Origin: Podospora anserina
Taxonomy: Eukaryota
DNA length: 64,000 nt
Assembly: GCA_017654855.1 (NCBI GenBank)
Contig: CM030338.1
Coordinates: 4,030,001 to 4,094,000 of the forward strand
Direction: 5' to 3'
The notes under the pieces were generated by a model. It saw nothing but the letters and a program-made list of their open reading frames with translations, was not told the DNA's origin and ran no database searches. The first letter of the stretch is position 1; the number at the start of each line of letters is the position of its first letter. Positions 48,901 to 61,723 of this stretch are shown here, one piece after another. Position numbers and translations under genes: made by a program.

Positions 48901-51900
48901 ATCCGATTCGAACCGCCAACTGGCATCTAGCAGGCCAAATATAGCCACCAGAATGTTTCCAGAATTCGACAACCGGGTAGTTGTTATCCGGGGAGCATTT
49001 TCAGTCTGAAGGAAGCACACCTAGCCTGCTTCCGCACAACAAAGCCTCACTTTAACACCTCCTTTTTACCTGTATTAATCCATTGACGGTCTAGAAAGAA
49101 GGGCGGTCTGAAAACGCACAGAAATATCCATCTGGAAAAGCCGCTCCTGTCATGTAGGAGATCAAGCCAAGACACAGATAATGGCGTGTATGCGGCTCGT
49201 ACCCTTGTGGCGAATGGCCAAACCGCCCCTACTACGTGTAAACCCATCCATCAATCGATTTGAAATTCCCTCCCCGCACAAAAAACATGGCCTTCAGGGT
49301 TAAGCCTCCTAGACCGGGTAACGTCCAAGTCGGTCTCATTGGGCAACACATCGGAGATAGGCTGTGGCTTTTGCATCAAAACATTCGATGGAAGCTGTCA
49401 GCTTCAATAGGCCGCTGGCGACATTACTAGGTAGGCCACATAGTCCAGAGTTATTTGCTTCGATGTAACTCAGACCGACAAGAATTGCCCATCCGTTGTT
49501 GTTTACCTTGATTTCACCTACCATACATGCAGGAGCGGAGGCAAAACCCAAACACTCGCCCTTAGCCGTTGGAGGCACTTATGCTTCGGACAGCGTATGA
49601 GGCGGCAGACGGAAGCACAGCATGATGATCTGAGATGAAAGTGAACATTTGCCCCTTTCCCGATCCGATCACAACTTCTGGCGAACGTTTCAGAAAACTT
49701 GTTTACATATCAGGGACAACAACAGACAGTAAATAGCGGGTCTTCCGGCCAACAACTCGACTCTGCCGTACGATACTGTGCTGCAGTTGCCTGACCCGAA
49801 CGTTTGGGACGCAGACTGGGCTTCTGCTGACGAGTGGGTGGGACCTACACTGGTGCTATTTCCCACCTTGGCTGCCTCCAGCCTTGCTAGCGTTGGGGGC
49901 AATGCTCTGTTGAGCATAGAACTACGTGTTGCTGTTGAGGCTCTGCGTTTGAGTACCAACATCAATTGATACCCAAGGCCCCGTCTGCCGAGTATAAGCG
50001 AGCCATCGTCAGGCTCGGTGGACACGAGACAGATGAGGCTCAGTCTCCCTCACCTTTGACAACATTTCCCTCATCCAGCTCGAATATGGATGCCATGGCT
50101 TTGGCCTACCTGGCCAGTCCTGTGCCCAAAGCTGACGCAAACGTGGAAAGATTTGCCCCTGTCGCTCAAGCAAAGTGCCAGCGAATAGCTCCACGTTAAA
50201 GCAGATGATGAGCTCTCCTATGCGAGTATGCGGCAGACGGGGTGGAGTTTTGAAGCTGTGGAGCAAAGCCGTTTGGTACATGTACTCTCGTATGTAAGGA
50301 AGCCAAACAAGAGCCGCAGCTGCAGGCGGAAATCCCCGTACAAGATGCCTCACCCAACGCCGACGCAAATCATCATCGAGAGGATGAGGTGACATGCCGG
50401 AAAAGGGGGCGGGAAGGGCGATCCTATTAAGACTCTCCAGCATGTTGCCCGACTCCCCAACAGCCAACAGCCCTCACCGCCGGGTGAAGATAAGCAGGTA
50501 TCATGCATTGGTTTGGGAGATGAGAGCATGAGCAGCAGCTGCACTCCACCTGCATCCACGTAGAAAAACAGAGAGAAAGCAATGCCAAAATGACGTGTGG
50601 TCGTCTGCGATTCATCGAAAGCCAGCTTGCTCGCCTCCATTTTGCGGATCGTCGCAGGGTCGGTCGGTGGAGACAAACAAATCGGCTGCACATGGCCGCA
50701 TGACGACGAGCAACAGGTTGAAAGCTGGGGAACTGTCTGTGGCCGCAGAGCAGAACCACTCCACTTTTGGCCGGGCAAAGAAGGCGGTCAAGAGGCATGT
50801 AAGTATGTAAAGGTTCCGGAAGGATGGCGGCGGTCGAGATGCTTCCAGCAGAACCGAGGTCGTCCAAACCGGGACTGAGGCATGGACAGGGAACAGCGTG
50901 GAGAAGGCCCGGCCCGCTCACCCCGCCCGCATGGGACACCCAAAGCTCGGGACCCGTCACCGAGACGGCCCGGGGTAGCATCGGGGGAGTCCACTTTCCA
51001 TCTCAGTCTCTTCCGCATTCCTCATCCATCCCTAGTGTACATACAGTCCGGCAACCTGCTGGCATCCATGATGATGATGACGAGAAGAGAAGAAGGATCG
51101 CTTCAGGCCGCAAGCGTGGGTAGGACAAGGCTAGACGGATAGGCCGAAGATAGATTGCTGATCATGATCACCCTTCCTTCCTTCTCCGACTGTCTCTGGC
51201 AAGGTGCTAAAGGTGCTCCGGCACCGAGAAAAGGCTGCCTCCAGCATACCTATATGACGAGGGATGGAACAGGAAAAAGGCTGCATTGGTGCTTGTGACA
51301 GGCGAACCGAGACAATGGGGTCATTGGGCACCCAGCCAATTGCTTCTTTAAGCCATCGCGTTGTTGCGGACCGGGGGAGAATTTGGCGAGACTGGACACG
51401 TCAAAGGTCCAAAGTGAGGTGAAAAAAAAGCGACTGTCGTGGCCCAACGATGCCCAACGGCTTCCCGCACCGGCCCCCCTTTAGCCTAATCGGCGGCCAT
51501 GATTGGCAGGAGGGTGCATGCCGAGCACCCCACAGGTGCATGCACGGAGCCGCTGACGTCCATTTGGACGGAACGGGCAGCGAGGTACAGAATATCTTCC
51601 CATGCCTCTGTTTTGCGCTTCTGTGCCCCAGCTTTGAGCAAGTGCCGTCTCCAATCATGCTTGGAATGCAAATTTTCCCAACACGCTTCCTTCCCCTCTG
51701 GTGTGATTTGGTAATGGGTGGCAACCTTCTCTTCTGAAGTCCAGCCTTCTTGCTCTCTGCCCAACCGTCTCCGTCGTCGTCACGCCCGGGCTCAGCTCCC
51801 CCTCACCGTGTCTCTGCCCAATGCCCACCTACCCGTAGCCCATCTCGTGCCCGATTTGGCCGTTGGCGAGGCTGTCTAGCCACATTCAGGGTGAGTCACG

Positions 51901-52370
51901 TTGTTCGTGGTCCTCTTCATGGCCCTGTTATGCCAAACACCGCGGTGTCCGGTGAGGTACCTGTTTGATGCGGCCCTTGCCCCGGGAGCCGCCCATCCGC
52001 CCTGACCCGCTCTCTGCTCTCAAAACCAAGCCGTCGTCCTGCACGCCCTAGACCTGCTCCGTCCCGCTTGCTTCCCCCTGAACTGCATCGACACCAAACC
52101 GTCTGGCTCCACGCGCACAACAAACAGCAATTCTCAGCCAAAATATTGAGAGTTTGACCCAGCAATGCCCGCTCGTGATACTGCTTCTTACCCAGACCAC
52201 TACCACGACGACCCAATAATCGCCCGAGAGCCCATCTGACTGACCGTCTTTTGATATCTGCTCAGGACATATACTACTTTGCACATCTGTCTCCACATAG
52301 CCCATTATTCCATCCCATCCTGTACTTGACCACGAAACACACAACACCACCGGCCATCATATCACCATCC

Positions 52371-55300
52371 ATGGAGAGAGAACGGCAATACCTCCGCCCG
52401 AGGGTAGGGGGCACTGTGACCCCGGGCTCTGACACCCGCCTGAACAGTCGGCCAGCCGAGTGGCCTGAGTGGGAAGGCCAGCAAGGTCGAGGAGATCAAC
52501 AACAGCAGCAGCAGCAGCAGCAGCAACCCAAGTCTATCCTCCGCAAGTCAGCCAGGCCATCGACAAGGCCACGCCGCAACTCGGACACGTCCGTCACATC
52601 TTCCAACATCCCCGGAGTGGGCGCCGGCAGTGACTCGGAGCTGGGGGTCAGACCCTCGCCCAGAGCCCACCACATCTCAGCTGCCTCCACGCCAACAGCA
52701 TCGCCGACAGCGTCGCCCATGCTCTCACCCTCTCTGCCGTCAGCCTCTACCAGCGTCCTGCCTCGCAAGGTCCTGAAGGCCAAGTTCCCAGGGGTGCCTG
52801 CTGAACGACAAGGGACTGTGAACCTTCGGCCCTCCCGAGCCTCTTCTTCCACCTCCAACCTCCCACCCAGCTATCATGGGCCACCACCATCCGTGGCACG
52901 CAATGTGCTTTCCCCCCAGTTCATGCCTGATAATAACAGACAACTGGTTCACTCGGGTCATCACGAAGCCCGCCAGGAGCACTACGACCGCCCCGATCGG
53001 CGCGATTACCGCTCTGATCCGGACCCCGAAACCGAATCTGTTTCCTCCACCTCGGAGCTCTCGTCCACAACAGAAGCCACTACCGTCATCTCGGAATCCT
53101 CCGAGTCCTGCGAGAGTGATGTGACCACTACGGAGGCCAACACCCTTGCCAACACGGGCACCAGAACGCCCTCCGTTCGCTTCACACCCAGTGTTATCGG
53201 CTCTTCATCCAGTGTCGTTAGTTCTGTTGCGCCATCCAAGAATGCCCCCCCTCCTCCCAGCCGCAAGGTCGTCAGACACCGGGTTAGCGGGCCTCAACCA
53301 AGGCTCACATCTTCTGCCGACCGAAGTCTCACCGGCGGAGGTCGTATCAAGCTGCTCCCTTCCAGCGCACCCCCCGTCGACACCAGATACCAATGGGACC
53401 TGGAGCAACGCCAGCAGGACCTTGAGCGGAACATGATGCACAGGATCGAGCAACTGGAAGCCGAGACACGCGCCCTTCGTGAGAGCGAGGCCAAACTCAA
53501 GATGGACCTCGAAGACAGCGCCGCCCAGATATCCGCCACCATGCGGGAAAAGTCTATGGCTGAGGGTGAGCGCGATCTGGCTCGCAACGAGAGGGCTGCG
53601 CTTGAGAGGGAGCGTGAGCGTGAGCGTGAGCAGGAGCGCAGGAGCAGGGAGGAGCTTCTCTCCAAGCTTGACGCGCAAAAGGCGATCATCGACGAGTTCC
53701 GCAGCAACTCAGACCTCACCAAGGGCATCCTGGACGAAGTCGAAAAGGAACGCGACGTTGAACGCACCGACAAGGTTGAACTCTACGGCAAGCTCGAGGC
53801 CACCAAGCAAGTTATGGACGAGTTCAGGAACACGATGGACCTGCAAAGGGTCATGATCATGGAGGCTGAGCAGAGCCGTGATGACATCAGGGAGATCAAG
53901 GACAAGCTCGAAGTCAGGGTGCAGGATCTTGAGAGGGAGCTCGAGAAGCTCCACATCGACCGCAAGGAGCATGAGGATCTCTTGTCTCAACAGATCGTTG
54001 CTCTGGATGTTCGCAACAGTGCCCTCCTTGAGCAGCGTGACAACAGAGACAAGGAGATCGCGGAGCTGACGGCCATGCGGGATGCTATGAAAGAGGAGAT
54101 TGAAGCGCTCAAGGTTTGGGTGTCGGACTTGACTGCAGAGAAATTGGCCGCCGAGGAGGAACAGCAAAACATCAAGATTAAGGCTAGCGGGGAGCTGCAG
54201 GAGGTCAGAAGGGCAGCCGAGGAGGAGCAGCAGAGAATTACAGAGGCTGCAGAGGAGGAGCAGCAAAGGATCACCAAGGCGGCCGAGGAGGAGCAACAGA
54301 GAATTGCACAGGCTGCAGAGGAGGAGAGACGGAGGATCACACAGGCAGCCGAGGAGGCGGAGCAGGCTCTGAGAACGACATTTGCGGCCGACAGGGAGGC
54401 TCTTCAAAAGGAGATTGACGAGGGTCAGCAGCCGCTGCGGGCTCGCATCGAGGAACTGGAAAAGGAGAGGGATGCGTTGGAAGCTGCCAAGGCTGCTTTG
54501 GAGCAAGAAAGGAGCGACCTGCAGTCGGCACTCAATACCGCCAACGAAGAAATTGCCGCTCTCAAAGCCCAAGTGAAGGAGCTGACATTGTCCGGTTCCG
54601 AACAGGCCACCAAGATTTCTGCTCTGGAGGAGGAGCTTGCATCAACCCAGACAGAGGTCAGCAGCCTCAAGGCCCGGATCGATGGTCTCGAGTCGGACAA
54701 GCTCGGCCTTAAGCAGAAGCTCTTGGATCTCCAGGTCGACCTTGGCGGCAAGCAAATTCAGATCGAGGCGCTCACAACCGACCTTGCCGGCTCTAAAGAG
54801 GCCAACATCTCTCTTGCCAGCCAGAAGATTGAGGTGGCCAACCACCTTAACACGGTGCAGGAGTATCTTGTCGCTGCCAGTGCCGAGATTGCACAGCTCA
54901 AGACGGAGAAGGACACGATCCAAGCCGAGGCGGACAAGGTTGCTGGCCTGATGAGTTCCAAGGCGGCACTCGAGGACAAGGTTGTGGATCTCGAGGGCAA
55001 GATCTCGACACTGGAGAGCAGGATTGCCGTGCTCCAGGCCGAAGCGGACAAGATCCCCGGCCTCACGGGCGAGAAGGAGGAGGCGTTGTGTCAAATCTCG
55101 CACCTCGAAGGAAGGAGCGTCGATCTCCAAGTACGAATCGGTGAACTCCAAGCTGAGCTCTATGCCAAAACCACTGAACTGGAAGGTAAGCTGGCGCAGG
55201 TCCAATCTGAGGCGGACAAGGTCCCTACCATCGAGGCAGCCAAAATTGTTCTCGGAGGCAAGGTTTTAGAGCTTCAAGCCAAGGTTGTCGAGCTGCAGAC

Positions 55301-55905
55301 CGAGCTTGCCAAGGATCCAGATGCAGTGGCGGCGGCACTCAGAGTCGAGCTGGAGATCAAGAGTCAGGAGATCACGCGCCGGGTGGGTGAGATCACGGCA
55401 CTGACAGAGAGCAACTCGGCGCTGTCGGCCGAGCTTGGGGCCACCAAGCAGCAGCTCGAGACGTTGCACAGCTCCTACAACAGCATCACCGAGTCCTACA
55501 ACCAGGCAACCGAGCAGATCATCGAACTCCAGCACAAGGTTGAGAAGCTGACCCCCTCTTCGCGCCGGTCCAGCCGGTCCCGCAACGCCTCCCCGCAGAA
55601 GAAGGACAAGGAGAAGGACAGGGAAAAGGACAAGGAGTCCAGCAGCAGCAAGAAGGATAAGCAACGAGAACTTGTGGTGGTGCGCAACCCTGGCGACCGA
55701 GGAGGAGCACTGTCAGTCATGCTTCAAATCGCTGCCGCAATCTGAAGTTAACACAGGGCCCTCACTAACATGGGTTTACGTCTGCAGGCATCTCGTCAGA
55801 AAAAGCGAAATAAAACGCAATTCTCGATCTTCAAGCGTTAACTCGACTCCCACTCCGAGCCCCCGCCATTCCGACGCTTCATTTGCCTCCTCGTCCAAAT
55901 GCTGA
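52371..55905 (+). CDS. Long coiled-coil protein with disordered S/P/R-rich N-terminus, function unknown
   Basis: ATG 52371 (MERERQY), a polyQ stretch and about 700 aa of heptad-rich E/K/L sequence. Terminal intron 55712-55787 (GTCAGT...ACTAAC...CAG) adds HLVRKSEIKR...SSSKC*. Confidence 0.82.
54213..54365 (+). repeat. 33-nt coding tandem repeat (AAEEEQQRITx, about 4.6 copies)
   Basis: Units start at 54213, 54246, 54279, 54312 and 54345. Confidence 0.9.
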
Positions 55906-55955
55906 GCTCAGCACGACACATGCCACGAGACCTCTCTACGCGCTCAACACTAACA

Positions 55956-56003
55956 CACCACCATCATCATCACCACCACCACCACCACCATCATCATCAT
56001 CAT
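55956..56003. repeat. (CAC/CAT)n compound microsatellite just after the stop codon
   Basis: Read directly. Confidence 0.85.
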
Positions 56004-57230
56004 CCACCGAACTGAAACAATGAATATACCGCTGAGCAGTCGGATACGAGTCCGATACAGAAGGAGGGACATGTTCTTTGGCGACCAACATCGGGCGGAA
56101 GTTTACTTCTTTGTGTTTCTATCTCCGTGTTTTATTCTTTTCTTTTGCTTCACCATGTACTATCTCTTTCGCCGGAGAACCTCTGCCCTCTTGATCGACC
56201 ATCTATTCGGCCATCAGCTTCATTGACTTTCGGACTCGGCCCGGTTCAACAAAAGTCTTTTTGGGTCGACTGTCGTCTTTATTTGTTTTTGTTTCTTTCT
56301 TCTTTTATCGGTTGGTTGTCTTGGAAAGGCGGGGTCGGGTTAACAGTCACAAGGGGGAGGTATCATTTGAATGGGGTTTGGCTGCTTTGCTTTCATGTTT
56401 TGTTTTGGCTTTTGCTTTTTGGTTTAGAATTTCTTGTATTGAGTGCACAGCTCACTGTTTTATTGTTTTTGGTCACGACTTTTGTTACAGAGTTACGAGT
56501 CATGGCGTGATGCAATACTTGATGGGCATTTCAGATGGAAAGGAAAAATAGTAATCATATGCGCAGAGATGGGTGTGAGATTTGGGCATAATCTCTCGTT
56601 TATGGGAGGGAAGGGGGAGGAACCGAGGTGGCTGTGGCTGTTGATCCTGTAGCTGGCGAGAATTAATACACTGTTGGAATATTTGTCCAGACTTGACCAC
56701 GACTCTTCCATTCTCCAAATGGCCCTGAAACATGTCGATTCAAGTGAACATGATTATTCTCGGATCTTGGACTCCGAAGCAGTTTCCAATCACAGAATAC
56801 CCGGATGCCCAGGATAGGGGTCAAAACACCCGCGAGAAATACGCACCAATAAGATGGGTTGTATTATTCAGGGCTGTGGAATATTAATATGGATGCTGAT
56901 AGTGTGTCATTCCTCATGGCTCTGTAAATGCCCATCTCGACCGTTTTCGAGATGCAAAAGCTTGCCGAGGGCGACGTCATGTAGCCAGAATGAGATAGAT
57001 ACGGTGCTCCAAAGTCACATTTTTGGAGCGCATGACGCGGGCGAGCAAGTTGTTTACTTATCCTTGGACTCAGATCTGAACGAAGATCACGCAGGGTGAT
57101 TTATGATATTTAGCTGCCGATATTGTGTCTGTTTTTTTGGTGCGTTTCGAGACGTCATTAAAGGTTTTCCTTTTCTTTTCTTGACCTCGGAAGTTTACAT
57201 ACCTACCTACCTAGAGAAAACACTTGTATC

Positions 57231-58059
57231 ATGAAGACCTCACTTTTTGCTGCAGCGATTACAGCTCTCGGTATGCCCTCTCCCCCATTTGTCGCGTTGA
57301 TCAAGTCAGCGCTGACCGGTCCACAGCGGCACCGGTCGTGTTCGCCCAAGAGCGCGATCCTACCAGTGAAATCTACACCGACCCCTCCTCCAACATTACG
57401 TTCAATACATGGTCGCCGACGCCTTTTGTGACGATTGGTGTGGCGTTACCCCCAGACGCATTGGAGGCTGATGCAGATGAGTTTGTTGGGCTGATCGTGA
57501 GTCTTTGCCACCTCCCATGCCCTACAAATGTCAACTAACATTGGCATTCGTCAAGACCTGCTCCGATCCCGCCGGATGGTGCGGCGTTTCTCTCGGAGGC
57601 GGCATGGTGTCCAACCTCCTTGTGTTGGCCTACCCCTCCCCTTCTAACCCGGACGAGATCTTGACCTCGCTCCGTTGGGCGTCCGACTATGGTCCCCCCA
57701 TCGAGCCATACAACGGTGACGCCAAGCTCGCTCAAATATCGTCCACCTTGAACGCAACGCACTACCAGGTTTCGTTCCGTTGTGAAAAGTGTTTGGGAGA
57801 GTGGCGCCACGGAGAGGAGCAGCAAGGCGGCTCGTTTCCCAGCAGTGGTGGGTTCCTGCTGTTTGGGTGGTGTCATGCCTCGAGCGCGCCGTTCGGGGAG
57901 GCCGAGTGCGCAGACAAGGCCGAGATGAGCCAGCATGACAGCCAGGGTCTCTTCGGTGCTACTGTGACCAGCTTTACACTAGCTTCATCCGCGGAGGAAT
58001 ATGCTTTGTGGGCCGGGAAGGCGACTGGAGGGGCTGTGGACGGTGAGTGTGTGGTGTGA
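57231..58059 (+). CDS. Secreted stand-alone cellobiose dehydrogenase-type cytochrome b domain (AA8)
   Basis: Signal peptide, then YTDPSSNITF, GVALPPDA...EFVGLI, GWCGVSLGGGM (Met ligand), FRCEKCL and SQHDSQG (His ligand). Two introns; it stops with no GMC domain. Confidence 0.88.
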
Positions 58060-58443
58060 TGTATCGAAGGGTGGACTTAGCGAAGTCTAGAAATGTCTAA
58101 AATATAAAGAAGTAATCATTCCTCAACTATGGAACTGGCTGTTCGATCTCTTTGATTACTGTACCCAACCCCTTGTGCGGTTCATGTCAAGTTTCTTGCG
58201 TTGTCGTGGCCTGCAAGACCGTTACAAGGACTTGGCAATGTTTGGGAGGCGATGTCAAAATTGCGGCCAGGAACCCCGAGTACTGTGGTGGTCAGCATTT
58301 AGGTCAAGATTCTGATGATGTAAGTGAAGATGACAGAGATGGTAATGGCGTGAACGAAGAGTTCCTGGCTAAGGCGCTAGTACTTGACCAGGAGGGGATG
58401 ACCATGCACAGTGGTTCTAATTCTGGTCGGATATCGAATCCAC

Positions 58444-58483
58444 ACCTACCTACCTACCTACCTACCTACCTACCTACCTACCT
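58444..58483. repeat. (ACCT)10 microsatellite
   Basis: Read directly. Confidence 0.9.
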
Positions 58484-58847
58484 GGGGACAAACCATGACA
58501 TATCAGAATCTCGTGTCACCCTGTAGAGTACCGTTCATCCCTTCCACAACAGGGTGCGTAACGAGTCAGCCAATTAGGATGATGCCTTCGGATTTCATGA
58601 TGAGTCAAAATGAGCGGGTTGTATTAGAGTGTATTGAAGCTCCGAAAGTGACCGGCAATAGCTCGTCAACATTTGTCATATAGCTTTTCAGCATCCGTGG
58701 AATCTCGGCAGCAACGAAAATACCGAGTCATCTCGGATCGTCTCGAGGATGCCCGTCAGAATTCAATCTAGATAAATGTTGCAAACCCATCATTGTTGGC
58801 GTTGAAAGCATCAACGGCATTCACTGTATCGTATGTATTCGGAAAAC

Positions 58848-59797
58848 ATGCTGACCCGGCTCCTGACCATCGGCCATATGGCCCTGATCATCTTCCATCT
58901 CCAACTTTCTGCCTGCCATCCGTTGACTTCTGGCCCGCGTTATGAGGCAAGAGGAGTCACCACCAGCCATCGCTATCCAACCCGCGAACTTGCGGGCATC
59001 ACAGTGATTGACACCCCCCTCGTGCGCTCAGCCCAAGCCTTTGCTCTCGCACACAGCAGCTCAACAACCTACAACCACGTAATGCGCTCGTGGCTGTTCG
59101 GCGCCCTCATGGTTAAGAACAACGCAACTCTACAACGAACGATTGACCTCGAGATCCAAGCCGTGTCAGCCTTGTTGCATGATCTTGGCTGGTATGTTGT
59201 TTTCATCTCTATTTCTTATGTTCTTCTCATGCGCAGGGCTCTGATGTCTCAAGCAGGGACCAAACCCCATCGTCCCCTATCATATCCCCCGACAGACGCT
59301 TCGAAGTAGATGGCGCCATTGCCGCCCGTGCCTTTCTCCATGACCACCCTCACGGCAAGAAGTGGAATGAACGCCGCGTGCAACTCGTCTGGGACGCCAT
59401 CGCTCTGCACACCGAACGAGCCTTGAACTACTTCAAAGAGCCCGCCGTCCGCCTAGTCAGCCAGGGTATAAGCCTTGATTTTGAGACGGCAGAGATAGCG
59501 AAAGCCACGTTCGGGATACCTATTTCGGAGTACCGGGCTGTTGTGGCCGAGTTTCCAAAAGAAGGGTTCAAGCAGGCGTTGAACGAGACGTTTGTGTGGC
59601 TTTGCCGGGAGAAGCCGGGGAGCACTTATAGTGAGTTTTGCCTTCACCCAGCTTCGCCAGATAAAAAGTGAATGTATTGTGTGCTGACAAGAACTAAAAC
59701 AGACACCTGGATGCAGCCTTGGGGAGACCGATATGTGGATGGGTATAACTCGAGCGCGAATTTGAGGATCGATATTATTGACAGGAATCTTCCTTGA
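58848..59797 (+). CDS. HD-domain protein, cyanamide hydratase-related family, with possible signal peptide
   Basis: YNHVMRSWLFG, SALLHDLG|WD, RFEVDGAIAARAF and VWDAIALHT. Two introns. Confidence 0.85.
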
Positions 59798-61723
59798 GCA
59801 GTGCACTGGGTTTTGTCGGGACAATGGTCGCAAAGCATATGCTGGAAAAGGGTAGTTAAGGGGGGATCCACTTTTACCCCTTTTTTGCCATTGTGGTGAT
59901 GGTCTGAGTAGAATAAACTTTGTTTACCACTGGACCGGAATATACTCCGAGATGGTTGACCTGAGATGTCTCACATAAGCATCGCAGGTTGGAGCCCAGT
60001 GACCTCTTTGCCGGTGGCTGGGTTATCACTGAAGTTCTGAATATACATTTTGAACAAATGGACATGTGTCGAGGCAAGTTAATGTATAATCTGGCGTGTC
60101 AGTTTAGACCTTGTGTGGGTTGGCTGAGCGACGTCACAAGCCCGACTGTTTCGCGTGGCGATGCTGCAAACAGCACATCTTGCCGAGAAGAGGGCTTTTG
60201 TGGAGATAAGTTCCCAACTTGTGGTGACTCCTTCCTGTGCCTCGTTGTCACTGATGACGGGATGGTCCGGATCCCATAGCTCCGCCTCCTTCGAGCCGCT
60301 GAGGTCACCTACGTTAACAGCTCTTGCTATGACTGTCGAGGAGAGATGCTAGTGGATTGCAAAATGTGGACAAGAGAAAGGACGAGCATGAGAGCCAGAA
60401 TGAGCGGTAACGGCGAGTAAGAAGCACGTATAAGTGGATAACAAATTGCTGTTTTGGTGACCGAGACAAGGTGCCCGTGCCTGCCTTTGCCTGACGGATT
60501 CGAGAAGCTCTTTTTGTTGAGCTGTAGCTATAACAGCGCGATGTGCAAAAGAGTTGTTGGGCACACTCTGTGCTGATCAATGCCAGAAGGGAGCAAATAT
60601 CTTGGCTAGTCCAACTGTAGGTAAGGTACCAGGTTAAAGACGGCATCGAGTGGCTACGGAAATGTGGCTTCTCCTCCGACCACGGCCCGCCACAGGAGAT
60701 GACAAGGAGGTACCTGCAGCGACATGCTGCATCGTGCATCATTGAGAAACATGGCCAGGTGCTGTTAGTTGTCGAGGCCGCCATTGGGGCCATTGGGGCC
60801 GTTGCGCTAACCTGGGTTGACAGCGCACCAATAGAAAGCATTCGGGGTTTTCACCGCACTTGCAAAGCCGCACACAATTGTCCGAATAATCAAACAAACG
60901 GTGAAGCTCCCTGCTTCGAGGAAGGCGGGGCTCCCAGGCTGACTGGTCAGACATGGAAGTTGAAGGCCATACCGAGTAATTATATCAGACGAAGAACAGC
61001 TCAGTCAGCAAGACACATGGCTCGCGGCTGGCATTCCATCAATGTCTCGATTGATCGGCCTGCCCGAGAACCTTGCGGGCTTGCAATGGCCACGGACTCG
61101 AACCCGCTCGGGCGGTTCGGCGGGATCTGACCTGTCCCGTGAAACAGTGCCGTGTTGTTTGCTTCTGTGGCCTGCCGCCCTTCGTCTTGCTGCTCCAGGT
61201 GAAAAAAGCGATTATCCGTAATTCGGCGGTGACGTGTTGATCCAACCCCCCCCCTGAGCCCCTTACTCACTGGCATGGTATTTTCATGCCATCTTATCGT
61301 CCCGGACTCGCAACATCTTGCATTCTGCCAACGCACCTTTCTTCTATCTGGGCTTCACCGCAGATTGCCACACCTGTCCAGATCTCCAGCCATCAGGAAG
61401 GGGGCTTGGCACATGCTGCCCAAATATAGACTCACTTCGACCAGTAGGCAACGGGCCAGGGGTGAGTATCGCCGGGACAGATAACTCATGTCATGATTAC
61501 GTTGAGGGCCGGTTGCGATCTGCCAGCTGGACCAGCACACTGGTATAAGAAGGCCCTGCTCGGCCTCCACGAGCTGTCGTTTCTGGCCACCACTTCATCA
61601 AAGTTCTACAACACTGTCTGGCGTCACCGTCAAGCACATCTGAGTTCCAAGGTTACCTCGTCTCACTTCATCACAGGCATTCACACCAAAGTACATACCT
61701 ACCGCACCCTCGGATTAGTTACC

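Noticed and set aside
53709-55205. Long antisense ORFs (287 aa, 187 aa) opposite the coiled-coil gene
   Set aside because: Leu-rich shadow ORFs produced by biased GAG/AAG/CAG codon use on the sense strand.
59900-61480. Several 60-175 aa ORFs between the HD and PEP2-like genes
   Set aside because: No domain motifs, coding bias or consistent exon chain.
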